Below, in pieces: positions 1 to 8,540 of a stretch of 64,000 nt of DNA. Source of the stretch: Acidimicrobiia bacterium (lineage in GTDB: Bacteria; Actinomycetota; Acidimicrobiia; Acidimicrobiales; Aldehydirespiratoraceae); assembly GCA_022828135.1 (NCBI GenBank), contig JAJEJB010000031.1, positions 29,813-93,812 of the forward strand, in the 5' to 3' direction. The translations under genes and the position numbers were made by a program. Numbering within the stretch: position 1 is the stretch's first letter; every line of letters starts with the position of its first letter. Under the pieces are notes generated by a model. The model did no database searches. It had not been told where the DNA came from and worked only from the letters and a program-made list of their open reading frames with translations.

Positions 1-832
1 GCCCATGATCTGGTCGGCCGACGAGTGCGCGGCCGAGGTGCGCCGGGTGTCGGAACTCGGCTGCCACTCGATGACCTTCACCGAGAACCCGGTCCCGCTG
101 GACCAGCCCAGCTTCCACGACCACTACTGGGACCCGTTGTGGGAGGCCCTGGTGGACTGCGAGACGGTGCTCTCCATCCACCTGGGGTCGTCAGGACAGA
201 TGGTGGTGAGCGCCCCCGACGCCCCCATGGACGTGATGATCCACATGCAGCCCATGAACACGTCGATCGCGGCCTCGGACCTGCTGTGGTCGACGGTGCC
301 GAGGCGATATCCCGGCCTGAAGATCGCGCTGTCGGAGGGCGGTTCCGGCTGGGTGCCCTACTTCATGGACCGGGCCGACAAGACCTACGACATGCACCAT
401 CTGTGGACCGGCCAGTCCTTCGGCGACCTGAAGCCCAGCGACGTGTTCCGGCGCAACTTCCTGACCTGCTTCATCTCCGACCCGGTGGGGGTGGCCCTTC
501 GCCACGAGATCGGCATCAACAACCTGTGCTGGGAGATGGACTACCCCCACTCGGACTCGAACTGGCCCGAGGCACCCGAGGAGCTGGTCGAGGTGTTCGA
601 GGGCGTATCCGACACCGACATCGACCGGATCACCCACCTCAACGCCATGGACTGGTTCAACTACGACCCGTTCTCGGCGCTGGACCGCTCCGACTGCACG
701 GTGGGGGCGCTGCGGGCCTCGGTGGCGGGCCACGACGTGTCGATCCAGTCGCGCGACTCCGGCCGCCACGACGGCAAGAACACCTCCCTCCAGGACTTCG
801 CGGTGAAGGCTGGCAGCTCGGCGACGGACTAG
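1..832 (+). CDS. Amidohydrolase-2 family metal-dependent hydrolase (5' end outside window)
   Basis: ORF is open to the window edge. Translation ...HSMTFTENPVPLDQPSFHDHYWDPLWEA...LCWEMDYPHSDSNWPE... fits the PF04909-type amidohydrolase pattern. Stop TAG at 830-832. Confidence 0.8.
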   Translation, partial: PMIWSADECAAEVRRVSELGCHSMTFTENPVPLDQPSFHDHYWDPLWEALVDCETVLSIHLGSSGQMVVSAPDAPMDVMIHMQPMNTSIAASDLLWSTVPRRYPGLKIALSEGGSGWVPYFMDRADKTYDMHHLWTGQSFGDLKPSDVFRRNFLTCFISDPVGVALRHEIGINNLCWEMDYPHSDSNWPEAPEELVEVFEGVSDTDIDRITHLNAMDWFNYDPFSALDRSDCTVGALRASVAGHDVSIQSRDSGRHDGKNTSLQDFAVKAGSSATD

Positions 833-2032
833 TGGGACGAGGCTGACAGCAGCTCGTAGGCGTTGTCGCGCATCACCTTGCGGACCTCGTCGTCGCTGAA
901 GCCGGCGATGTCGTCCAGATAGGAGGCCGGCTCGGCCAGACCCTCGGCGTGGGGGTAGTCGGAGCCGAACAGCATCCGGTCGGCCCCGATGCAGTCCTTG
1001 ATGAGGTCCATGTCGTCCTCGAAGTAGGGCGACACCCACACGTTCTCGACGAAGGCCTCCACCGGGTGGCGCTTGAACTCCCACGGCATCTTGCCGTGGC
1101 AGATCTTGAGGTTGCGCAGCAGGTCGGGAACCCACATGGCGCCGTTCTCGATGGTGGCCAGGCGCAGATCGGGGAAGCGATCGAGCACGCCGTGGCAGAT
1201 CAGGGCCGCGAACGTGTCGGAGATGGAGCGGTCCGAGAAGGCCACCAGCGGGAAGGCCATGTGCTTGAACGCCTCGAACTGGCCCCCGGGACGGCTCCCA
1301 CACCTTGCCGTATTGGACGGTGCCGTTGAGCCCGGCGTGCATGGCCAGCGGCACACCGGCCTCCTCCAAGCGGGCCCAGATGGGGTCGTAGTCATCCATG
1401 CCCGGCGACTGGTAGCCGCCGCCGGTGGGCACCGGTCCCGGGACGGTGCACACGATGCGGGCGCCCATCTCCAGCAGCCGCTCCAGTTCGGCCACGGCCA
1501 GCCCCGGGTCGGCGAAGGTGAGCATGGGCGCGGCGTAGATGCGGCCGTCTCGGTCGAAGCCCCAGTCCTCGTCGAGCCAGGTGTTGAACGCGCTGAAGGC
1601 GGCGTGCAGGGCTTCGATGTCGCGCTTGAGGGCCTCCTGCATGCCCACTCCCTGGGTGGGGAACAGCAGCACCGACTCCAAGCCCTGGCTGTCCATCAGC
1701 CCGACGCGAGCGTCGCGGTCGCGGAAGCCGGGGTGGTCGTCGAGGGGGTCGAGCTCGCCGAACATGGCCGCGATGTCACGGCCTTCCAGGTTGCGACCCC
1801 GGAAGTAGTCCTCCAGGCTGCCCGGCTTGGCGATCGGGTCGAAGGTCGGGTTGGGGATGAACTTGTTGACCTTGCCGGCCACCATGAAGCGCTTCCGGCC
1901 GTCGATCTCCGCCCACTGCATGCAGCGCTTCTTCATGGACGGGTCGATGTGGCGGATGAAGGCGTCGGGCGCCTCGTAATAGTGCTCGTCCACATCGAAC
2001 GCCCGGAAGCCCAGTGCGGTTTGTGTGGTCAT
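829..2032 (-). pseudogene. Amidohydrolase-2 family gene interrupted by a frameshift (or assembly indel)
   Basis: The N-terminal part (ATG 2032, MTTQTALGFRAFDVDEHYYEAPDAF...MHAGLNGTVQYGKVWE) and the C-terminal part (...GQFEAFKHMAFPLVAFSDR...LFGSDYPHAEGLAEP..., stop 829-831) are in different frames. The switch falls in the C/G homopolymer run at 1281-1290. Confidence 0.75.
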
Positions 2033-2042
2033 CGCTTCGAGG

Positions 2043-2957
2043 CTACCGGCCCTGAATGACTGACTCTCCGTAGCGCTGGAGGGCTTCAACAGCGTGTGAC
2101 AGGGAGTCGGCGGGGATGGGGGCCGCGCACCAGGTGACGCCCGACTCGGCCAGTCGACCCACGGCTTCCAGGTGGGCGTCGCGGTTGAAGTCCGCGTCAC
2201 CCGGACCTCCCCCCGCGAGCGTCGTGAACGAGACGTCGATCTCGGCCGGGTCCCGTCCGGCCGCGTCGACCTGCTGCCAGAGATAGTCCAGCATCCCTCT
2301 CAAGTCGTCGACTGTCTCCAGCGGGACGGTTCGGGTGGTGGTGGCCAGCCCTCGGGGGGCGGGGAACGGAACCCAGCCGTCGGCAACGGTCGCGACCCGG
2401 CGGCGGCTGAGGCGGCTGTTGCCTCCGATCCAGATCGGGATCGGCCTCTCCGGTTTGGGGTTGGCGGTCTGACCCCGGGCGGTGAAATTGCGGCCCTCGT
2501 AGCTGAAGTCGTCGGCGGACCACACGCCCCGCAACACCTCTATGGCTTCGTCGAAGAGGTCGTTGCGCTCGTCGAAGTCAACCCCGAGGGCCCGGTACTC
2601 GCCCTTGAGGTAGCCGGTCCCCACGGCCAGCACGAACCGGCCGTCGGACATAGCGTCGATGGTGGCCGCCGACTTCGCCACCAGGAACGGGTTCCGATAG
2701 GGCAGGACCACCACGTTGGGGATCAGCTTCACACGCTCCGTGACCGCGGCACAGAACGCCAGCGCGGCGAAGGGGTCGAGCGCGTCGTGGCCGCCGGCGG
2801 CCAGCCCGCGGTGGGTGGGGGCGGGATGGTCGGTGAAGCTGATCCCGTCGAAGCCCGCCTCCTCGGCCGCCCGGGCGAACTCCACCAGGCCCCTCCGGGT
2901 GGCGAACTCGGGGCTGCAGCGGCCCGCGGCCAGCGGGTAGGTCACTGAGAACTTCAC
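2043..2957 (-). CDS. LLM-class (luciferase-like) F420-dependent oxidoreductase
   Basis: 304 aa, MKFSVTYPLAAG...GFDGISFTDHPAP...RFVLAVGTGYLKGEY...IPIWIGGNS is a typical LLM/F420 pattern. The GTG start overlaps the upstream stop (GTGA at 2954-2957). Confidence 0.8.
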   Translation of the reverse strand: MKFSVTYPLAAGRCSPEFATRRGLVEFARAAEEAGFDGISFTDHPAPTHRGLAAGGHDALDPFAALAFCAAVTERVKLIPNVVVLPYRNPFLVAKSAATIDAMSDGRFVLAVGTGYLKGEYRALGVDFDERNDLFDEAIEVLRGVWSADDFSYEGRNFTARGQTANPKPERPIPIWIGGNSRLSRRRVATVADGWVPFPAPRGLATTTRTVPLETVDDLRGMLDYLWQQVDAAGRDPAEIDVSFTTLAGGGPGDADFNRDAHLEAVGRLAESGVTWCAAPIPADSLSHAVEALQRYGESVIQGR

Positions 2958-4282
2958 CGGTCGGTGCCCTCCCGGAAGCGGCGGTAGTGGCCTTCGGCCC
3001 CAACAGAGTGTCCGGCGCGGGGCTCCACCCGGTGCGATACCCGGCCCCAGCGCCGGGCCTGGGAGGTGTCGGGCTCAAGTCCGGCGGTGACCCGGCTGTG
3101 GTAGGCCGCGCCGAGCGCGGCGCTGTAGGGCTCGGCCGACACGTCCACGGCCAGGCCGGTTGTGTCGGCCAGCGCCTGCATCCAAGCCGGCGACCGGGTC
3201 CCGCCGCCGACGGCGACGATCCGCGAGGCGTCGAGACCGGAGAGGTCGATGTGGTGGCGGACGACGAAGCCGGCCGCCTCGTAGGCGGCCATCATCACGT
3301 GAGCAGATGTGTGGCCGACGTGAAGATCGAGCAGCTCGGCCAGGCGATCGGGATCGTGTAACGGGGTGCGCTCGCCCCTCGGATAGGGCAGCCACACCGG
3401 CAGGTCGTCTCCTCCGAGCGACAGCAGCTCTCCGGAATCCAGATCGCCCAACAGAGCCCGGACCCGGTCGATGAACAGGCCGCCGGCGTTGCTGGCTCCG
3501 CCCACCACCATGAGCCCGGCCCGGGTCGACGGGAACGTCCAAAGCCTGTCGACTTCGACCCACTCGCTGGTGAATACCCACGGCAGCAGGGTGGTCCCGC
3601 ACATCACCAGCACGTCGCCATCGTCGCCGCAGGGCGCCACGAGCTGCTCTCCCAGGGCGTCGATGGTTCCGGCCGACACCAGAGCACCGTCACGCTCCCC
3701 GATGGCGGTCGCGCCCGGGCTGATAGCCGGGAACTGCTCCGAGGTCATGCCGATCTCATCGAGCAACTCGGGCGTCCAACCCTGCCCGTCGGACATCGGC
3801 GTCATGGCCATGGCGGTGGAGGAGTCGATGGCGGCCACGCCGCACAGGGCGCGGTTGGCCGCCGCCTGCGCCGGCCACAACGCCTCCACCCCATCGCAGC
3901 CGGCCAGCCAGCGGGCGAATCCGACGGCCTCCCCGTCTGTGGCCTCAGTGCCCGATCCGACGCCCCGGCCGCGGACGTCGCCGTAGAGCAGGCCACAGGT
4001 GACCGGCGCACCGGCGGAGTCGACCCCGCACATCGACGGCACCATGGCCGAGACGGTGGCCGCGGCCACCGGCCGGCCGGCAATGCCCGCCGTCACCTCG
4101 TCCCAAGCACCCATCACACCGTCGATCCACGCGGCCTGAGGATCGTGTTCGAACTGGCCGGGATCGGTCGATACGACCCGGTGAGGGATCCGGACCCTGG
4201 ACAGGACCGCACCGTCGCCGTCGGCGGCCACAGCCTTGACCGAGGTCGTCCCGATGTCGATACCGACCGTCACCTCGTCCAT
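2954..4282 (-). CDS. FGGY-family carbohydrate kinase
   Basis: MDEVTVGIDIGTTSVKAVAAD... N-terminal ATPase motif and a C-terminal GGGTRSPAWMQALADTTG motif. The ATG at 4282 is preceded by GGGAG. The track ORF extends to a TTG at 4300. Confidence 0.8.
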   Translation of the reverse strand: MDEVTVGIDIGTTSVKAVAADGDGAVLSRVRIPHRVVSTDPGQFEHDPQAAWIDGVMGAWDEVTAGIAGRPVAAATVSAMVPSMCGVDSAGAPVTCGLLYGDVRGRGVGSGTEATDGEAVGFARWLAGCDGVEALWPAQAAANRALCGVAAIDSSTAMAMTPMSDGQGWTPELLDEIGMTSEQFPAISPGATAIGERDGALVSAGTIDALGEQLVAPCGDDGDVLVMCGTTLLPWVFTSEWVEVDRLWTFPSTRAGLMVVGGASNAGGLFIDRVRALLGDLDSGELLSLGGDDLPVWLPYPRGERTPLHDPDRLAELLDLHVGHTSAHVMMAAYEAAGFVVRHHIDLSGLDASRIVAVGGGTRSPAWMQALADTTGLAVDVSAEPYSAALGAAYHSRVTAGLEPDTSQARRWGRVSHRVEPRAGHSVGAEGHYRRFREGTDR

Positions 4283-4403
4283 GCGCACTCCCGTGGGCAA
4301 GGCCGGCAGCCTGCGCCGACCGCCTAGAGGAAGCTACGCCGTCGAGGGCGGGGCCACGCCACCGCACAGGCTGATAGGGGGCCGCGGGCGCTAGCGTCGG
4401 CTC

Positions 4404-5375
4404 GTGAGCCGGCCTCGGGTGTTGGTTACCGCGCCCCTTCGGGGCCCTGCCCTTGAGGAGCTGCGCGACATCGCCGACGTGGTGTTCGAGCCCTGGATCG
4501 AACACCAGCCGATCAAGCTCTACCGATCCCAAGACTTCGCAGCCAAGATCCTCCACGAGGGAGCCGACATCGTTGTGTGCGAGGCCGACTCGTGCAAGGG
4601 TCCGGTGCTGGAGTTGCCGCTGATGGCCATCGCCTCCACCCGGGCTCGGCCCACCAACGTCGACGTCGACGCGGCCACCGAGGCCGGCATTCCCGTGCTG
4701 CGCACGCCGGGCCGCAACGCTGACGCCGTGGCCGAGATGACGGTCGCTCTGCTGATGGCCGTCAACCGGTTCGTGGTCGCCGGTGACCGCGACGTGCGAT
4801 CAGGCACGATGTTCGGCGAGACCCTCCCCTACCAGCGCTACCGGGCCTGGCAGGTGGCGGGACGCACTGCCGGGCTGGTGGGACTGGGGGCCGTGGGCCG
4901 GGCCGCCAAGTGGCGCCTGGAGGGCCTGGGCATGACGGTGATCGCCGCCGATCCCTACGCCGCCGACGCCACCCACAGCCTCGACGACCTGCTGGCGACC
5001 GCCGACGTGGTGTCGATGCACGCCGCCGTCACGCCCGAGACGTCGCAGATGATGGGCTCGGACCAGTTCGCGGCGATGAAGCCGGGGGCGATCTACCTCA
5101 ACACGGCTCGGGCCGCGCTGCACGACACCGGCGCCCTGGTGTCCGCCCTCGAGTCGGGCCATCTGGCCGGCGCCGGCCTCGACCACTTCGAGGGCGAGAT
5201 CCTGCCCACCGACCATCCCCTCACCGCCATGGACAACGTGGTGCTCACACCACACATCGGCGGGGCCACCTACGACGTCGAGAGCAAGCAGGCGGCCATC
5301 GTGGTGGCCGACATCAAAGCCATCCTGTCGGGCGGCAAGCCGCTCCACTGCGCCAACCCAGAGGTCCTCGAGTGA
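4404..5375 (+). CDS. D-isomer-specific 2-hydroxyacid dehydrogenase (NAD-binding)
   Basis: 323 aa with a Rossmann motif GLVGLGAVGRAAKWRLEGLGMTVIAADPY and ...NVVLTPHIGGAT..., typical of the PGDH/GHPR-like family. Confidence 0.85.
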   Translation: MSRPRVLVTAPLRGPALEELRDIADVVFEPWIEHQPIKLYRSQDFAAKILHEGADIVVCEADSCKGPVLELPLMAIASTRARPTNVDVDAATEAGIPVLRTPGRNADAVAEMTVALLMAVNRFVVAGDRDVRSGTMFGETLPYQRYRAWQVAGRTAGLVGLGAVGRAAKWRLEGLGMTVIAADPYAADATHSLDDLLATADVVSMHAAVTPETSQMMGSDQFAAMKPGAIYLNTARAALHDTGALVSALESGHLAGAGLDHFEGEILPTDHPLTAMDNVVLTPHIGGATYDVESKQAAIVVADIKAILSGGKPLHCANPEVLE

Positions 5376-5434
5376 GCGTCGCTGCCAGCCATCCCAACCC
5401 GGAGGTCCTCGAGTGAGCGTCGAAGGAAGCCGTC
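5353..5434 (+). repeat. 41-bp tandem duplication of the dehydrogenase/aldolase gene junction
   Basis: CCAACCCaGAGGTCCTCGAGTGAGCGTCG (5353-5381) recurs as CCAACCCgGAGGTCCTCGAGTGAGCGTCG (5394-5422), 28/29 identical. The following 12 nt match 7/12. The period is 41 bp. Confidence 0.85.
5372..5416 (+). other. 14-codon relay mini-ORF created by the junction duplication
   Basis: GTG 5372 overlaps the dehydrogenase stop (GTGA). It encodes VSVAASHPNPEVLE. Its TGA (5414-5416) overlaps the aldolase GTG start at 5413 (GTGA). Confidence 0.3.
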
Positions 5435-6072
5435 TGGATCCTGTCCACCAGGAGGTGGCCGAGGTCTCGCAGCAGATGGAGCGGGCCGGACTGGTGGTGG
5501 GCACGGCCGGCAACGTGTCTGGCCGCCGCAGCGACGGCTCGGTCTGCCTCACCCCGTCGTCCACCCCCTACCCCGACGTCACCGCCGGCAACCTCGCCGT
5601 CCTAAGCCTCGACGGCGAGCACCTGGGCGGATCGGGCAAGCCGTCCACCGAGAAGGCCATGCACTTGGCCTGCTACAACGCCTTCGAAGAGGTCGGTGGG
5701 GTGGTCCACTGCCACCCGCCCCACGCCTCGATGTTCGCGGTGGCCCACCAGCCCATCCCGGCCAGCATCGAAGAGGTGATCATCTACGTGGGCGGCGACG
5801 TGCCGGTGGCCGACTACGCCACCACCGGCACCGACGAACTGGCCGCGGAGGTGGTGCGCCACCTGGCCGACCGGGGCGCGGTGCTGATGGCCAACCACGG
5901 CCTGCTGTGCGTGGGCAAGTCGCCGTCCGACGCGCTGCACACCGCCCTGGTGGTGGAGCACACCGCCAAGATCATGTTCGGGGCCCGCGTCCTGGGCGGC
6001 GTCGTATCCCTGCCCGAGAAGGTCGCCAGGGACTTCGCCGGCATTTACGGCTACATCCGCAGCACTTGGTGA
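5413..6072 (+). CDS. Class II aldolase/adducin-family protein (fuculose/ribulose-phosphate aldolase-like)
   Basis: 219 aa with ...GTAGNVSGR...CLTPSSTPY...VVHCHPPHASMFA...ANHGLLCVG..., the class II aldolase signature pattern. Confidence 0.85.
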   Translation: MSVEGSRLDPVHQEVAEVSQQMERAGLVVGTAGNVSGRRSDGSVCLTPSSTPYPDVTAGNLAVLSLDGEHLGGSGKPSTEKAMHLACYNAFEEVGGVVHCHPPHASMFAVAHQPIPASIEEVIIYVGGDVPVADYATTGTDELAAEVVRHLADRGAVLMANHGLLCVGKSPSDALHTALVVEHTAKIMFGARVLGGVVSLPEKVARDFAGIYGYIRSTW

Positions 6073-6086
6073 CCGAAGGAGGACAC

Positions 6087-6926
6087 ATGCAGCACATGCT
6101 CTACGAGACCGACGAGCGGGTGGCGGTGATCACCCTGAACCGCCCCGAGAAAGCCAACGCGGTCAGCGGCCTGACACTCAACGAGATGGACGAGTGCTTC
6201 ACCCGAGCCGCCGACGACGCGGACGTGAGAGTGATCGTGCTGCGGTCGGTCGGCAAGCACTTCTGCGCCGGTCACGACCTCTCCGGCAGCGACGAGGCAC
6301 TGGAGAAGGCCGCGGCAGGAGAGGGCGGCCCGGCCAAGGGCAGCTTCGTGGACTGGAAGGAGCGGGGCCTCGAAGCCATCTACGAGTGGGAGACGATCCA
6401 CTACCTCGGCTACAGCCGTCGCTGGCGCGACATCCCCAAGCCCACCATCGCGGCGGTGCAGGGCCAGTGCATCGCCGGGGGACTGATGCTGTGCTGGCCC
6501 TGCGATCTGATAGTCGCCGCCGACAACGCCATGTTCTCCGATCCGGTGGCACGCATGGGCATCGGCGGGGTGGAGTACCACGGCCACACCTGGGAGCTAG
6601 GCCCCCGCAAGGCCAAGGAGATGCTGTTCACCGCTCGCCGGATCAGCGCGGCCGAGGCTGAGGCGGCCGGCATGGTCAACCGAGTCGTCCCCCTCGACGA
6701 CCTCCACACCGAGACCATGGCGCTGGCCCACGAGATCGCCCAGATGCACCCCTTCGCTCTGGCCCAGTCCAAGCGGGCCGTCAACCGCACTATGGACATC
6801 CAGGGCTTCTACTCGGCGCTCCAAGCCGTGTTCGACATCCACCAGACCGGCCACGGCAACGCCCTGTCGGTGGGCGGATACCCGATCCTCACCGGCCTGA
6901 CCGAGATGAAGAAGTCCCAGCAGTAG
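6087..6926 (+). CDS. Enoyl-CoA hydratase/isomerase family protein
   Basis: The ATG at 6087 is preceded by GAAGGAGG (6076-6083). MQHMLYETDERVAVITLNRPEKANA...GKHFCAGHDL...AAVQGQCIAGG is the crotonase fold pattern. Confidence 0.85.
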   Translation: MQHMLYETDERVAVITLNRPEKANAVSGLTLNEMDECFTRAADDADVRVIVLRSVGKHFCAGHDLSGSDEALEKAAAGEGGPAKGSFVDWKERGLEAIYEWETIHYLGYSRRWRDIPKPTIAAVQGQCIAGGLMLCWPCDLIVAADNAMFSDPVARMGIGGVEYHGHTWELGPRKAKEMLFTARRISAAEAEAAGMVNRVVPLDDLHTETMALAHEIAQMHPFALAQSKRAVNRTMDIQGFYSALQAVFDIHQTGHGNALSVGGYPILTGLTEMKKSQQ

Positions 6927-6983
6927 GGACGCGCTCTCACCATCGATGAAGGTCACCTTCGGGACCTCACCTACCGTTGACTC

Positions 6984-8540
6984 GTGAATCTCTGGGAGCG
7001 GCCGGACGTTCACGCCAGACGTTGGTTCCTGCTCGGCGTGCTGAGCCTGACCCTGGTGCTGGTGGTCATGTCGGTATCGGGCCTGAACGTGGCCCTAGCC
7101 ACCTTGCAGCGGGATGTGGGTGTCACCGGGCCGCAGCTGCAGTGGATCGTGAACACCTACGCGCTCGCCTTCGGCGGGCTGCTGATGACCGGCGGAGCCA
7201 TCGGCGACCGCTACGGCCGCAAGGGCGCCCTGCTCGGAGGCCTGCTCGTGTTCGGGCTCGGCGCACTCCTCGGAGGCTTGGCCGACTCGGCCGAGGTCAT
7301 CCTGGTCGCCCGGGGAGCCATGGGGGTGGCAGCCGCGTTCGTCATGCCGGCCACGCTGTCGCTGCTGATCGAGATCTTCCCGCCTCCCGAGCGGCCGACC
7401 GCCATCGCGGTGTGGTCGGGCTTCGCCGGGGGCGGCGCCGCCATCGGGCCCGCGCTCACCGGCCTGTTCGTGACCGGATGGTGGTTCGTGCCGTCGTGGG
7501 GCTGGGAGGCCGGCTTCCTCTACAACGTTCCGGTGGTGGCCGTGGTGATGGTCGCGGTGGTGCTGTGGCTGCCCCGATCCCGGGACGAGCACCCCCGGCA
7601 TCTCGACCCTGCCGGAGCGGCGCTGTCCATCGTGGCCATGACCGCTCTGATCTACGGCATCATCGAGGGACCCGAGCAGGGCTGGACATCGGCACCGGTG
7701 CTCTCGGCCTTCGCGGTGGCGGTCGTCTTCGGTGCGGTCCTGCTGGGGTGGCAGCAGCGTGCCCGCCATCCGATGCTGCCGCTGGAACTGTTCGGCGACC
7801 GGCGCTTCAGCATCGGCTCGGCAGTGGTCACCATGACGTTCGTCGTGATGATCGGGTTCTGGTTCCTGTTTGCGCTCTACGTGCAGTTCGTCCTGGGATA
7901 CTCCGCTCTGGAGGCGGGGCTGGCGACTATGCCGGAGGCGTTGTCGTCGATGGTTGTGGCCCCGTTCACCGCCCCGCTCGCCGCCAGGTACGGATCACGC
8001 CGGATCATGGCGGTCGGCTTCGCGGTGTTGGCACTCACATTCCTGCCGCTCTCGCTGGTCGGCACCGACACCAGCTATTGGTTCCTGCTTCCACCGCTGG
8101 TGCTGGCCGGGGCTGGTCTCAGTCTGGCCATGACTCCGGCCACCAACGACATCATGGTCGCCACTCCCTACGACAAGGCCGGCATCGGCTCGGCCGTCAA
8201 CGACACCGCCCGTGAGCTGGGGGCTGCGCTGGGCATCGCCACGCTGGGAGCCCTGTCCACCTCGATCTACCGCAGCACGGTGGACGTGGCTCATCTGCCG
8301 CCCGAGGTGGCCGCCCCGGCGGCCGAGTCGATGGGTGCGGCCATTGAGGCCGCCTACCAACTATCCCGATCGGGCACGCTTGGTGAGGCCGCGGCCCAGG
8401 CGACGATCACCGAGACGGGACAAGCCTTCACAACCGCCTTCGCGCAGACGATGGCGATCTCGGGCGCGGTGTCGGCCCTGGCCGCGGTCGCCCTGCTAGT
8501 CGGCCACCTCGCCCAGGCCCGCCGCAGCTCGCTCGTCTGA
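6984..8540 (+). CDS. MFS transporter, DHA2 (EmrB/QacA-like, about 14 TMS)
   Basis: 518 aa and highly hydrophobic, with LAFGGLLMTGGAIGDRYGRKGALL (MFS motif A-like) and a length typical of 14-TMS drug:H+ antiporters. Confidence 0.85.
   Translation: MNLWERPDVHARRWFLLGVLSLTLVLVVMSVSGLNVALATLQRDVGVTGPQLQWIVNTYALAFGGLLMTGGAIGDRYGRKGALLGGLLVFGLGALLGGLADSAEVILVARGAMGVAAAFVMPATLSLLIEIFPPPERPTAIAVWSGFAGGGAAIGPALTGLFVTGWWFVPSWGWEAGFLYNVPVVAVVMVAVVLWLPRSRDEHPRHLDPAGAALSIVAMTALIYGIIEGPEQGWTSAPVLSAFAVAVVFGAVLLGWQQRARHPMLPLELFGDRRFSIGSAVVTMTFVVMIGFWFLFALYVQFVLGYSALEAGLATMPEALSSMVVAPFTAPLAARYGSRRIMAVGFAVLALTFLPLSLVGTDTSYWFLLPPLVLAGAGLSLAMTPATNDIMVATPYDKAGIGSAVNDTARELGAALGIATLGALSTSIYRSTVDVAHLPPEVAAPAAESMGAAIEAAYQLSRSGTLGEAAAQATITETGQAFTTAFAQTMAISGAVSALAAVALLVGHLAQARRSSLV

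Noticed and set aside
2033-2200. An upstream extension of the 669-aa track ORF (191-2200, minus), and its continuation below 1290.
   Set aside because: Only the segment 2032 to ~1290 shows amidohydrolase similarity. The extension overlaps the LLM gene's 3' end, and the downstream part is the wrong frame after the frameshift.
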